DNA of 64,000 bases, from the NCBI GenBank assembly GCA_040386535.1, contig JAZKFH010000037.1, positions 42,430 through 106,429 of the forward strand. Reading direction: 5' to 3'. The first letter of the stretch is position 1. Each line of letters starts with the position of its first letter. This document shows positions 40,476 to 50,018 of this stretch, piece after piece. A program made the translations under genes and the position numbers. Origin of the DNA: Myxococcota bacterium (GTDB taxonomy: Bacteria > Myxococcota_A > UBA796 > SXON01). The notes beneath the pieces were generated by a model. The model searched no databases. It had not been told where the DNA came from and was given only the letters and a program-made list of their open reading frames with translations.

Positions 40476-43400
40476 ATGATGCGCTTGACAATTCTCCTCC
40501 TTGCTGGGTTGGTCGGTCTCTCGGGCTGCGTCGACGACAAGGTCGACACGGGCGACACGGACGAGACCGGGACCAACCTGGACGACGCGGATGGAGACGG
40601 TGTCGGCGTCGAGACCGACTGTGACGACGAAGACGCGAGCATAGGGGGCCCGTCGGTGGTGTACGCCGATGCCGACGCGGACGGGTTCGGCGATCCCGGC
40701 GTGAGCGACACGGCGTGTGAGGTCGGCGCGGGCACCGCGGACAACGACCTCGACTGTGACGACACCAACGCCGCCGTGAACCCCGACGCCGCCGAGGTGT
40801 GTGACACGGCGAACCTGGACGAGGACTGTGACGGCGCCACCGACGACGACGACACGTCCGTCACCGGGCAGGTCGCGTACTACGCGGACTCCGATCTGGA
40901 CGGCTACGGCGACGACGCCGGCTCGCTCCTGAGCTGTGATGCGCCCGCGGGCTACGTCGTGGCGCCCGGCGACTGTGACGACACCTCGGCCCTGTTCAAC
41001 CCCGCGGCAGACGAGTCGGACTGCGCGGATCCCAACGACTACAACTGCGACGGCTCGACCGGTTTCGTGGACGCCGACGGAGACGGCTTTTCCGCCTGCC
41101 AGGAGTGTGACGACACCTCCGCGGACGTGAACCCCGGCGCCGAAGAGCTTTGCAACGGCATCGACGACAACTGCGACGGCGATGTCGACGGCGGCTCGAC
41201 CGGCACGGCCACCTGGTACACCGACGCGGACGGCGACGGCTTCGGTGACCTCGCCACCGCGGTCGACTCCTGCGAGGCGCCGATCGGCGCGGTCGCCAAC
41301 GGCGACGACTGTGACGACACGCGCGCGGGCGTGAACCCCGACGCCCTCGAGATCTGCGACGCCGCGGACACCGACGAGGACTGCGACGGCACGATCGACG
41401 ACGCCGATGCCTCCCTGTCCGACGCGCCCACCTGGTTCCTCGACAGCGACGGCGACGCCTACGGCGTCGAGGGCACCACCGTCGCCTCGTGCGACCAGCC
41501 CGCCGGCTATGTCGCCCTGGTCGGTGACTGTGACGACGCGGACACCGCCTACAACCCGGGCGCCGACGAGTCCGACTGCACGGACGCCAACGACTACAAC
41601 TGCGACGGCTCGACCGGCTTCGACGACGCCGATGCCGACGGCTTCGCCGCGTGCGAGGAGTGCAACGACGCCTCCGCCGCGACCTACCCCGGCGCCGACG
41701 AACTGTGCGACAGCGCGGACAACGACTGCGACGCCGAGATCGACGAGGGCGCCCTCGACGCGGCCACCTGGTACGCGGACGCCGACGAGGACGGCTACGG
41801 CGACGGCGCGATGGCGACCATGAGCTGCGCCGCGCCCACCGGCTACGTGGCGGACGCCACCGACTGTGACGACGGCGAGAGCCTCGTCCACCCCGGCGCG
41901 ATCGAGATCTGCGACGTCACCAACGTCGACGAGGACTGCGACACGCTCTCCGACGACGCCGACACGGGCGCGCTCGGCACGGCCACCTGGTACGCGGACA
42001 CCGACGGCGACGGCTTCGGCGACAACGCCGTCACCACCGAGAGCTGCGACGGCGCGGCCGGGTACGTGGCCGACTCCGACGACTGCGACGACACGCGGGC
42101 CTCGATCAACCCCGACGCCACCGAGATCTGCGACGACGCCGACACGGACGAGGACTGCGACGGCCTCTCCGACGACCTCGATCCCGACTCGACCGGCGGC
42201 GGCACCTGGTACGTCGACGCGGACGGCGACGGCTTCGGCGACAGCGCCGATCTCGGCGTCGAGTCCTGCGGCGCGCCCGCCGGCTACGTGGCCGACCACA
42301 CCGACTGTGACGACGCGGACGACAGCGTCACCACCGAGCGCACCTGGTACAGCGACCTGGACGGCGACGGCTTCGGCGACCCCGCCGTGATGGTGTCCGC
42401 GTGCGACGCGCCGGCCCTCACCGTGGCCGACGCGACCGACTGTGACGACACCCGCGCCGCCGTGAACCCGGCCGCCGTCGAGGTGTGCGACGCGCTCGAC
42501 ATGGACGAGGACTGCGACGCCCTCTCCGACGACGAGGACGCCTCGGTCTCCGACGCCCCCACCTGGTACGCGGATGTCGACGGCGACGCCTACGGCGAGA
42601 CCGACAGCACCATGGCCGCTTGCGACCAGCCCGAGGGCTACACCGCCCTCCCCGGCGACTGCAACGACGCCGACACGGCCTACAACCCCGGCGCGGTCGA
42701 GGACGACTGCGACGACGCCAACGACTACAACTGCGACGGCTCCGTGGCCTACACCGACGGCGACGGCGACGGCTTCGCCGCGTGCGCCGACTGCGACGAC
42801 TCGCGCGCGGACATCAACGTCGACGCCGACGAGGTCTGTGACGACGCGGACAACGATTGCGACGGCACGGTGGACGAAGCCGGCGCCCTCGACGCGGGCA
42901 CCTGGTACGCGGACATGGACGCGGACGGCTACGGCGACCTGACGACCGCCACGGGCAGCTGCGACGCGCCCTCCGGCTACGTCGGCAACGGCACGGATTG
43001 TGACGACGCCTCCAGCCTCGTCCACCCCGGCGCCACCGAGGTCTGCGACGACACGAACACCGACGAGGATTGCGACGCGCTCGCGGACGACGCCGACGGC
43101 TCGGTGGTCGGCCAGGCCACCCGCTACGCCGACGTGGACGGCGACGGCTACGGCGCCAGCTCCGACTCCGGCACGCTGACCTGCGAGACCCCCGCCGACA
43201 CCGTCCTGACCCACGACGACTGCAACGACGCCGTCGCCGCCGTGAACCCCGGCGCGACCGAGGTTTGCGACGCCGCGAACGTGGACGAGGACTGTGACGG
43301 CGCCTCCGACGACGCCGACACCGGCGCGGGCGGCGAGACCCTCTGGTACGTCGACAACGACGGCGACGGCTTCGGCGACGCCGACGGCGCCGGGCTCGCC

Positions 43401-46400
43401 GCGTGCGACCTGCCCGCCGGCTACGTCTCGAACAACACCGACTGTGACGACGCCTCCGCCGCCATCTCGCCCGCCGCCACCGAGATGTGCGACGCCGGCG
43501 ATGTCGACGAGGACTGCGACGGCGCCTCCGACGACGCCGACACCACCGCCACCGGCAAGAGCCCGTTCTACGCGGACGCCGACGGTGACACGTACGGCAG
43601 CGGCGCCGTGATGTTCTACTGCGACGCGCCCTCCGGCGCGGTCACGACCGCCACCGATTGTGACGACAGCCTGTCCAGCGTGAACCCCGGCGCCACCGAA
43701 GTGTGCGACGCGGCCAACACCGACGAGGATTGCGACGGCGCGGCCGACGACGCCGACGCCTCCGCCACCGGCGAGGGCACCTGGTACGCGGACGCGGACG
43801 GCGACGGCTACGGCTCGACCCTCAGCCCCGCGTTCTCGTACTGCGACGCGGCAGAAGGCTTCGTCGCGACCCGCGACGACTGCGACGACACGGTGAGCAC
43901 CGTGAACCCCGGCGCCGTCGAGATCTGCGACGCGCTCAACACGGACGAGGACTGTGACGGCTCGGCCGACGACGCCGACACCGCCGCGGCCTTCAAGACC
44001 CGCTACTACGACGACGCGGACGCCGACACCTACGGGGCCGCGTCCGATGCCGGCACGCTCTACTGCGACGCGGTCGCCGGCCTCACGACCAACCACACCG
44101 ACTGTGACGACGGGATGAGCGACGTCAACCCGGCCGCGGTCGAGACCTGCAACGAGATCGACGACAACTGCGACGGCTCGGTGGACAACGCCGCGGTCGA
44201 TGCCGGCACGTTCTACGCGGACGCCGACGGGGACGGCTTCGGGGACATGGACGAGAGCGCGATGGCGTGCTCCCAGCCCGACGGCTTCGTCGCGGACGAC
44301 ACCGACTGTGACGACACCACGGACGCCGTGAACCCCGACGCGATCGAGTCCTGCAACGGCGAGGACGACGACTGCGACGGCACGGTCGACGAGGACGCCA
44401 CCGATTTCGTGACCTGGTACGCGGACATGGACGTCGACGGCTACGGCGACGCCGGCATGAGCGAGTTCACCTGCGAGATGCCCGAGGGCTACGTCGCCGA
44501 TGACACCGACTGTGACGACGCGGCCGCCGCCATCAACCCCGGCGCGGCCGAGATCTGCGACGCCGCGAACGTGGACGAGGACTGTGACGGCGCGGCCGAC
44601 GACGCCGACACCGCGGCGGCCTTCAAGAGCCGCTACTACCCGGACGCCGACACGGACGGCTACGGCGACGCGGCCGACGCCGGCGCGCTGTACTGCGACG
44701 CGCCCGCCATGGGCGTGATGGACCACACCGACTGTGACGACGCCGCCGCGGCCGTGCACCCCGGCGCCGCCGAGGTCTGCAACGAGACCGACGACGACTG
44801 CGACGGCGCGGTGGACGAGGACGCGGTCGACAGGTCGACCTTCTACGCCGACTCCGACATGGACAGCTACGGCGACGCAGCCGAGCCCGCGCTGGCGTGC
44901 TCCCTCGAGGCGGGCTTCTCGGCCGACGCGACCGACTGTGACGACACGGTCGCGACGACGTACCCGGGCGCCCCCGATACCTGCAACGGCGAGGACGACG
45001 ACTGTGACGGCGCCATCGACGAGGACGGGATCTACGGCACGCCCTGGTTCGCCGACATGGACGGGGACGGGTACGGCGTCATGACCGAGATCACCGTCGT
45101 GGCGTGCGCGGCGCCCGAGGGCTACTCGGGCACCTTCGGGGACTGTGACGACGCCGCCGCGGCGGTGAACCCCGGCGCCGCCGAGGTCTGCGACGCCGCC
45201 GACACCGACGAGGACTGCGACGGCCTCACGGACGACGCGGACGCCTCCGTCACCGGCCAGTCGAGCTGGTACCCGGACGCGGACGGCGACGGCTACGGTG
45301 TCTCGGACGGCGCGGTCATGCGTTGCGACGAGCCCGGGGGCTACGGCGCGGACGCCACCGATTGTGACGACGACTCCGCCGCGGTTTACCCGGGCGCGGA
45401 GGAGGTTTGTGACGATGGGGTGGTGAATGATTGTGATGCAGCCACCGACGGGTCGGAGTGCCTGTTCGACGGGCAGTCCTCCGCGTCCACCGCGGACATC
45501 ACGCTCACCGGGCTCGTGGGGGCCGACGCGTTCGGCACCTCGATGGCGGGCGCGGACGTGAACGGCGACGGGATCGGGGACCTCGCGATCTCGGCGTACG
45601 GCTACGATCGTGGTGCCACCGCCAACGCAGGCGGCACCTGGATCTTCCTCGGGCCGCTGGACGGCACCGAGACCCTCGCGACCGCGGATGCCACGATCCA
45701 GGGCAACCTCGCCGGCGACCGCCTGGGCTTCTCGATCGCCAACCTCGGCGATTCGGACGCGGACGGTTTCGACGAGCTGCTCCTGGGCGCGGACGGCTGG
45801 AACAGCCCGACCACCGACGCCGGTGGCGCGTTCATCTTCGACCATGCCTCCACGGGCACGATCCTCGTCGCCAGCGCGGTCGCGACCATCAGCGGTGACA
45901 CCACGTTGGACTTCACGGGCACGGACGTGGCGGGCCCCGGCGACGTGAGCGGGGACGGCATCCCCGACGCGGTCATCGGCGCGTTCGGCCGAGACACGGC
46001 GGGCTCGTCCGCGGGCACCGTGGGCCTGTTCAGCGGCCCCGTCTCCGGCACGATGAGCTTCACGACGGCGGACGTCCTCATCCAGGGCGGCGCCGCGGGA
46101 GACAACCTCGGCTGGAGCGTGGACGCGGCGGGCGACATCGACGGCGACGGCACCAACGAGTTCATCGCGGGTGCGTACGGCGCCGACCCCGCCAGCATGT
46201 CGTTGGCGGGTGCGGCCTACATCTTCGGCGGCATCTCGATCTCCGGCTCGGCGGAGAGCGAGCACTACACGAAGATCACCGGCTCCACCGCCGGCGATGA
46301 GCTCGGCTACGCGGTCGCCGGCGCGGGTGACGTGAACGACGACGGCTACGACGACGTGCTCCTCGGCGCCCACAAGTACGACGTGGGTGCGCTGGCCGAC

Positions 46401-46886
46401 GCGGGCGCCGCCTACCTGTTCCTCGGCTCCGCCGAGTGGATCCCCTCGGGCGACGCCTCGACCGCGGACGCCATCTTCACCGGGTCCTCCACCACCGACA
46501 TGTTGGGCCACAACCTCGGCGCCGGCGGCGACGTGAACCAGGACGGCTACACCGACCTGCTCCTCGGCGCGGGCGGGTGGGATGCCGCTACCGGCGCCTC
46601 CAACGCGGGCGCGATGTTCCTCATCTACGGGCCCGTCACCGGGACCGTGGCGATGGGGAGCTACGGTGCCGCGGGCGGCGAGAACGCGACCTTCTACGGC
46701 ATCGCGGCGAGCGACGGGCTCGGCGGCGTCGTCACCACCGGCAACGCCTCGGCCAAGACCCTCGACATCGTCCCCGACCTCGACAACGACGGCTACGACG
46801 ACATCGTCGGCGGCGCCCGCAGCGTCGACAACGGCGCGACGACCAACGTGGGCGCGGCCTACATCTGGTTCGGCGGCGGCATCTAG
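40476..46886 (+). CDS. Giant lipoprotein with MopE-like putative metal-binding repeats and C-terminal FG-GAP repeats
   Basis: Lipobox GLSGC; many WY.D.DGDG(Y/F)G..DCDD..NP.A.E.CD..DEDCDG units; C-terminal GDVNDDGYDD..GA repeats. Confidence 0.9.
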   Translation: MMRLTILLLAGLVGLSGCVDDKVDTGDTDETGTNLDDADGDGVGVETDCDDEDASIGGPSVVYADADADGFGDPGVSDTACEVGAGTADNDLDCDDTNAAVNPDAAEVCDTANLDEDCDGATDDDDTSVTGQVAYYADSDLDGYGDDAGSLLSCDAPAGYVVAPGDCDDTSALFNPAADESDCADPNDYNCDGSTGFVDADGDGFSACQECDDTSADVNPGAEELCNGIDDNCDGDVDGGSTGTATWYTDADGDGFGDLATAVDSCEAPIGAVANGDDCDDTRAGVNPDALEICDAADTDEDCDGTIDDADASLSDAPTWFLDSDGDAYGVEGTTVASCDQPAGYVALVGDCDDADTAYNPGADESDCTDANDYNCDGSTGFDDADADGFAACEECNDASAATYPGADELCDSADNDCDAEIDEGALDAATWYADADEDGYGDGAMATMSCAAPTGYVADATDCDDGESLVHPGAIEICDVTNVDEDCDTLSDDADTGALGTATWYADTDGDGFGDNAVTTESCDGAAGYVADSDDCDDTRASINPDATEICDDADTDEDCDGLSDDLDPDSTGGGTWYVDADGDGFGDSADLGVESCGAPAGYVADHTDCDDADDSVTTERTWYSDLDGDGFGDPAVMVSACDAPALTVADATDCDDTRAAVNPAAVEVCDALDMDEDCDALSDDEDASVSDAPTWYADVDGDAYGETDSTMAACDQPEGYTALPGDCNDADTAYNPGAVEDDCDDANDYNCDGSVAYTDGDGDGFAACADCDDSRADINVDADEVCDDADNDCDGTVDEAGALDAGTWYADMDADGYGDLTTATGSCDAPSGYVGNGTDCDDASSLVHPGATEVCDDTNTDEDCDALADDADGSVVGQATRYADVDGDGYGASSDSGTLTCETPADTVLTHDDCNDAVAAVNPGATEVCDAANVDEDCDGASDDADTGAGGETLWYVDNDGDGFGDADGAGLAACDLPAGYVSNNTDCDDASAAISPAATEMCDAGDVDEDCDGASDDADTTATGKSPFYADADGDTYGSGAVMFYCDAPSGAVTTATDCDDSLSSVNPGATEVCDAANTDEDCDGAADDADASATGEGTWYADADGDGYGSTLSPAFSYCDAAEGFVATRDDCDDTVSTVNPGAVEICDALNTDEDCDGSADDADTAAAFKTRYYDDADADTYGAASDAGTLYCDAVAGLTTNHTDCDDGMSDVNPAAVETCNEIDDNCDGSVDNAAVDAGTFYADADGDGFGDMDESAMACSQPDGFVADDTDCDDTTDAVNPDAIESCNGEDDDCDGTVDEDATDFVTWYADMDVDGYGDAGMSEFTCEMPEGYVADDTDCDDAAAAINPGAAEICDAANVDEDCDGAADDADTAAAFKSRYYPDADTDGYGDAADAGALYCDAPAMGVMDHTDCDDAAAAVHPGAAEVCNETDDDCDGAVDEDAVDRSTFYADSDMDSYGDAAEPALACSLEAGFSADATDCDDTVATTYPGAPDTCNGEDDDCDGAIDEDGIYGTPWFADMDGDGYGVMTEITVVACAAPEGYSGTFGDCDDAAAAVNPGAAEVCDAADTDEDCDGLTDDADASVTGQSSWYPDADGDGYGVSDGAVMRCDEPGGYGADATDCDDDSAAVYPGAEEVCDDGVVNDCDAATDGSECLFDGQSSASTADITLTGLVGADAFGTSMAGADVNGDGIGDLAISAYGYDRGATANAGGTWIFLGPLDGTETLATADATIQGNLAGDRLGFSIANLGDSDADGFDELLLGADGWNSPTTDAGGAFIFDHASTGTILVASAVATISGDTTLDFTGTDVAGPGDVSGDGIPDAVIGAFGRDTAGSSAGTVGLFSGPVSGTMSFTTADVLIQGGAAGDNLGWSVDAAGDIDGDGTNEFIAGAYGADPASMSLAGAAYIFGGISISGSAESEHYTKITGSTAGDELGYAVAGAGDVNDDGYDDVLLGAHKYDVGALADAGAAYLFLGSAEWIPSGDASTADAIFTGSSTTDMLGHNLGAGGDVNQDGYTDLLLGAGGWDAATGASNAGAMFLIYGPVTGTVAMGSYGAAGGENATFYGIAASDGLGGVVTTGNASAKTLDIVPDLDNDGYDDIVGGARSVDNGATTNVGAAYIWFGGGI

Positions 46887-46900
46887 CCCACGGGACTCCC

Positions 46901-47725
46901 ATGCACGACCTCGACGCGACGCGCCGCAGCTGGAACGTCGCCACCCGCAACCACAACGCGCACAAGGGTGACCAGGTTGCGTTCTTCCGGGAGGGGGGCG
47001 ATGTCCTCTTCCCGGAAGAGCTCGAGCTCCTCGGAGAGCTCGGCGGCGTCGCGGTCGTGCACCTGCAGTGCAACGCCGGCCAGGACACCCTCGGCCTGGC
47101 CCGGCGCGGCGCCCTCGTCACGGGCGTCGATCTGTCCGACGAGGCCGTCGCCTTCGCGCGGGCCCTCTCGGCCGGCTCGGGCATCCCCGCCACCTTCGTG
47201 GAGGCGGACGTTGTCGCGTGGATGCAGACGACGCCCGAGCGCTTCGACGTGGCCTTCAGCAGCTATGGCGCCGCTCCGTGGCTGCCCGACCTCGCGGCCT
47301 GGGCCAGCGGCATCGCGCGCGTCCTCAACGACGGAGGTCGCTTCGTCTACGTCGAGTTCCACCCCCTCGTGTGGAGCTTCGGCGGCGACCTGCGCCTGTC
47401 GCGCGACGACTACTTCCAGGCCACCCCCTTCGTCGAGCCCGTGGGCGACTACGTGGCGGCGTCGGGTGCCGGCCTGGGCGCGGTGACACCCGCCACCACG
47501 GTGGCGAACACGGTGCCCGCCCAGTCCTGGCAACACGGCCTCGGTGACTTCGTCACCGCGCTCGCCGCCGCCGGCCTGCGCGTCGAGCTGGTGCGCGAGT
47601 ACCCCCACAGCAACGGCTGCAAGGTCATCGACGCCCTGGTGCCTGCCGACGGGCGCCGGTGGGTGTGGCCGGAGGGGACGGCCAGGGTGCCGTTGATGTT
47701 CGGGTTGGTGGCGCGGAAGGGGTAG
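46901..47725 (+). CDS. Class I SAM-dependent methyltransferase
   Basis: VHLQCNAGQDT, VTGVDLS, FDVAF, EFHP. Confidence 0.88.
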   Translation: MHDLDATRRSWNVATRNHNAHKGDQVAFFREGGDVLFPEELELLGELGGVAVVHLQCNAGQDTLGLARRGALVTGVDLSDEAVAFARALSAGSGIPATFVEADVVAWMQTTPERFDVAFSSYGAAPWLPDLAAWASGIARVLNDGGRFVYVEFHPLVWSFGGDLRLSRDDYFQATPFVEPVGDYVAASGAGLGAVTPATTVANTVPAQSWQHGLGDFVTALAAAGLRVELVREYPHSNGCKVIDALVPADGRRWVWPEGTARVPLMFGLVARKG

Positions 47726-47767
47726 GGCGGGCTGAACGGTGGCGTCGTGAGGCGTTAGCAATGGGGT

Positions 47768-49318
47768 ATGTCGTACCCGCTGCGGGCTCTGGTCGACGGC
47801 CTGGTCCGGCTGGTCGACACGGTCGACGGGCCCGAGGACCCCGCGTGCCTGGACGTGCTTGCTGCGCTGTGTGTGGCGGCTGTGGACCTGAAGGCGTGGG
47901 GCAAGCTCGAGTGCGGCACCGGCGGCAAGTGGCGCCACGAGCCCGTGGACGGGATCCGGCAAGCGGTCGACGCGGTTCGTGCCATCGACGGCCACGATTG
48001 CAGCGCCGCGTACACCACCATCGTCCGCGCGCTCATGGGTTTCGAGCGTGCCCTCACCAACATGGCCCTGGAGCCCGACGCGGCGGGCGTGCTGACCGTA
48101 GACGGGATCTGGGCCGGCATCCCGAGGCTGCGGGGTGAGGTGCGGTGGTGGCTCCGCCCGCGGTCGTTGTGGGGCGATGTCCTCGCGGAGGACCAGCGGA
48201 GGACGCGCCGGAACGTCTACGCCCTGCCGCCGCATCGGCTTCTCCGCCGCATCGGCTTCGACTGGCGCCGGGACGGCGGCTTCGGCGATCCGGTCGGGTG
48301 CGACCCGACGTTGGGTGACCCCTACGCGGTGGCCGTGCAGCGCGTTCGCGACGGCTCGCCGTACCTCGACAGTGGCCTCCGCGTGGTGCTTCATCCCCTC
48401 CAGCCGGATCTCTGGCCCTGGTTCCACCTCGTCGACCTGCCCGAGCGCTTGGTCGTGGACGTGCACGCCGACCGCTACAACGATGTCCCGGCCCTCGAAC
48501 AGGCGCTCACGGACGCGGTCGCCGGGGCCCGGGTCTCCGCGGACCCGCAGCTGCTGGTGTTTCCAGAGCTGATGGTGGACGAGAGGGCGCGTATCGGTGT
48601 CCGTGCGGCGGTCCGGTCGGAGGGCGGGCCGGTGTTCGGCGTGTTCGCGGGCAGCGCCCACCTCACGCTGTCCGACGGGACGCGCGTCAGCCAGGCGCTG
48701 GTGCTCGATCAGGCTGGTGCGCCGTGGTGGACGCACCACAAGCGGGGGAGCTTCCGGTGCGTCGGCCGGAGCATCGTTGTCGCCCGAGGCGAAAACCGCA
48801 TGTTCGTTCCGCAGGACATCGAGGTCGACGAGGCGGCTGACTACCACGAGGCCTTCGCCGAAGGCACGTGCCTGCGCTTCTGCGACACGACGCTCGGGCG
48901 GCTTGTCGTGCTCGTATGCTCGGACCTTCTCGACGACCGCGCGTGGAGCACCGCGATCGATCAGCTGGAGCCGGACTTCCTCGTTGTCGTGTCCATGTCC
49001 GATCGCGCCGCCCGCTTCCTCGACCGCGCAAAGGCCCTTGCGGAAGAGCGAGGCGTCAGCACGCTCTACGTGAATGCGGCGTGCGACACGCGCGCGGGAG
49101 GGGACGGACCTCCGGACCGCGATGTCCTGGCGTTCGCGCACCTCGCGGTCGAGGATTCAGCCGACCGGCCCGCGCGGATCTGCTGGCGCAACGGCCGCGG
49201 ACTCGAGCGCTGGGACCACAAGAAGGGCGGCTGGGTGACGCTCTCCGGCAGCGCGTCAACGGGCCTGGAAGGGGAGGGGATGTGGATCGACCTTGGCGCC
49301 TTCTTGTCGAACCGATGA
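47768..49318 (+). CDS. Nitrilase/carbon-nitrogen hydrolase superfamily domain protein with unrecognised N-terminal region
   Basis: Triad in order: LLVFPEL (Glu), THHKR (Lys), VLVCSD (Cys); later YVNA. Confidence 0.7.
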   Translation: MSYPLRALVDGLVRLVDTVDGPEDPACLDVLAALCVAAVDLKAWGKLECGTGGKWRHEPVDGIRQAVDAVRAIDGHDCSAAYTTIVRALMGFERALTNMALEPDAAGVLTVDGIWAGIPRLRGEVRWWLRPRSLWGDVLAEDQRRTRRNVYALPPHRLLRRIGFDWRRDGGFGDPVGCDPTLGDPYAVAVQRVRDGSPYLDSGLRVVLHPLQPDLWPWFHLVDLPERLVVDVHADRYNDVPALEQALTDAVAGARVSADPQLLVFPELMVDERARIGVRAAVRSEGGPVFGVFAGSAHLTLSDGTRVSQALVLDQAGAPWWTHHKRGSFRCVGRSIVVARGENRMFVPQDIEVDEAADYHEAFAEGTCLRFCDTTLGRLVVLVCSDLLDDRAWSTAIDQLEPDFLVVVSMSDRAARFLDRAKALAEERGVSTLYVNAACDTRAGGDGPPDRDVLAFAHLAVEDSADRPARICWRNGRGLERWDHKKGGWVTLSGSASTGLEGEGMWIDLGAFLSNR

Positions 49319-49367
49319 GAAGGTGAATACTGTTCTCACATCAGCAAGCTAAGTGGAGACAAAGCGA

Positions 49368-50018
49368 ATGCAGCCCCTACCCTCCGCAGAACCCGAACGC
49401 CTCGCGGAGCAGCTCCGGGACGCCGTCGTCGCGGGGCAGTCCCCCCGGCGCTTCGTCCGTGCCGTGCTCGCGGACGTGTGGCGTGGTGTTCACCTCGGCG
49501 ATTCTGCCGCCGCCGGACGCTGGCGCAACGCGATCGCCCGGTTCGGCGCGGATGCCCGCGAGCATGAGGAGGTGCGCCGGCTCGACGAGGTGCTGGAGGT
49601 AGCCTGTACGTCGCTGCGGGACGGCCGCGTGGGCCCCGCGGAGCGGCGGCTGGCGTCCGATCTTCGGCCAATCCTCCAGGTTTTGTGGGAGCGCCGGGGG
49701 GAGCCGCAGAGCCGCGCGGATCTCTTCCGGCTGCTTGCGGAGCAGGAACGGTGGTCCTCGGCGGGCACGCTCTCGTATCCCCTGGAGCAGCTGGCGGACG
49801 CGGAGATGGTCCTGCTCACGACGCGTACGCGCCAGGGCGGCGCGGCCACGAGGCACTACTCGTTGAGCGCGCTCGGGGTGCGCGCGTGCATGGAAGCCGG
49901 GCTCGTACGCGCGGTGCAGGAGGCGCCTGTCCGAGCGAAGTCGGGCGCGATGGCGACACTGCAGCGAGCCGCCAACCAGTCGAAGTTCTTCATCGACGAA
50001 TACCGCCTCCGCGCATGA
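49368..50018 (+). CDS. Hypothetical protein with C-terminal winged-helix-like domain
   Basis: GGAG RBS; ILQVLW..PQSRADL..SAGTLSYPLEQLADAEMV..RHYSLSALG; ATGA overlap with next gene. Confidence 0.65.
   Translation: MQPLPSAEPERLAEQLRDAVVAGQSPRRFVRAVLADVWRGVHLGDSAAAGRWRNAIARFGADAREHEEVRRLDEVLEVACTSLRDGRVGPAERRLASDLRPILQVLWERRGEPQSRADLFRLLAEQERWSSAGTLSYPLEQLADAEMVLLTTRTRQGGAATRHYSLSALGVRACMEAGLVRAVQEAPVRAKSGAMATLQRAANQSKFFIDEYRLRA

Noticed and set aside
40560..45440. Regularly recurring DNA motifs such as GACTGTGACGAC as a possible CRISPR array
   Set aside because: They are in-frame coding repeats (DCDD) with synonymous variation; no repeat-spacer structure and no cas genes.
38994..46511. 2505 aa minus-strand ORF and similar long ORFs (11972-15820 +, 27029-29401 +, 22147-24591 +, 31615-33819 +)
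   Set aside because: They lie antisense or off-frame to genes with clear motifs, are Arg/Gly/Val-rich with no domain signal, and are expected from high GC3 bias.
47729..47760. GCTGAAC...GTTAGC as a cassette recombination site before the nitrilase gene
   Set aside because: Too short for attC and imperfect; likely chance.
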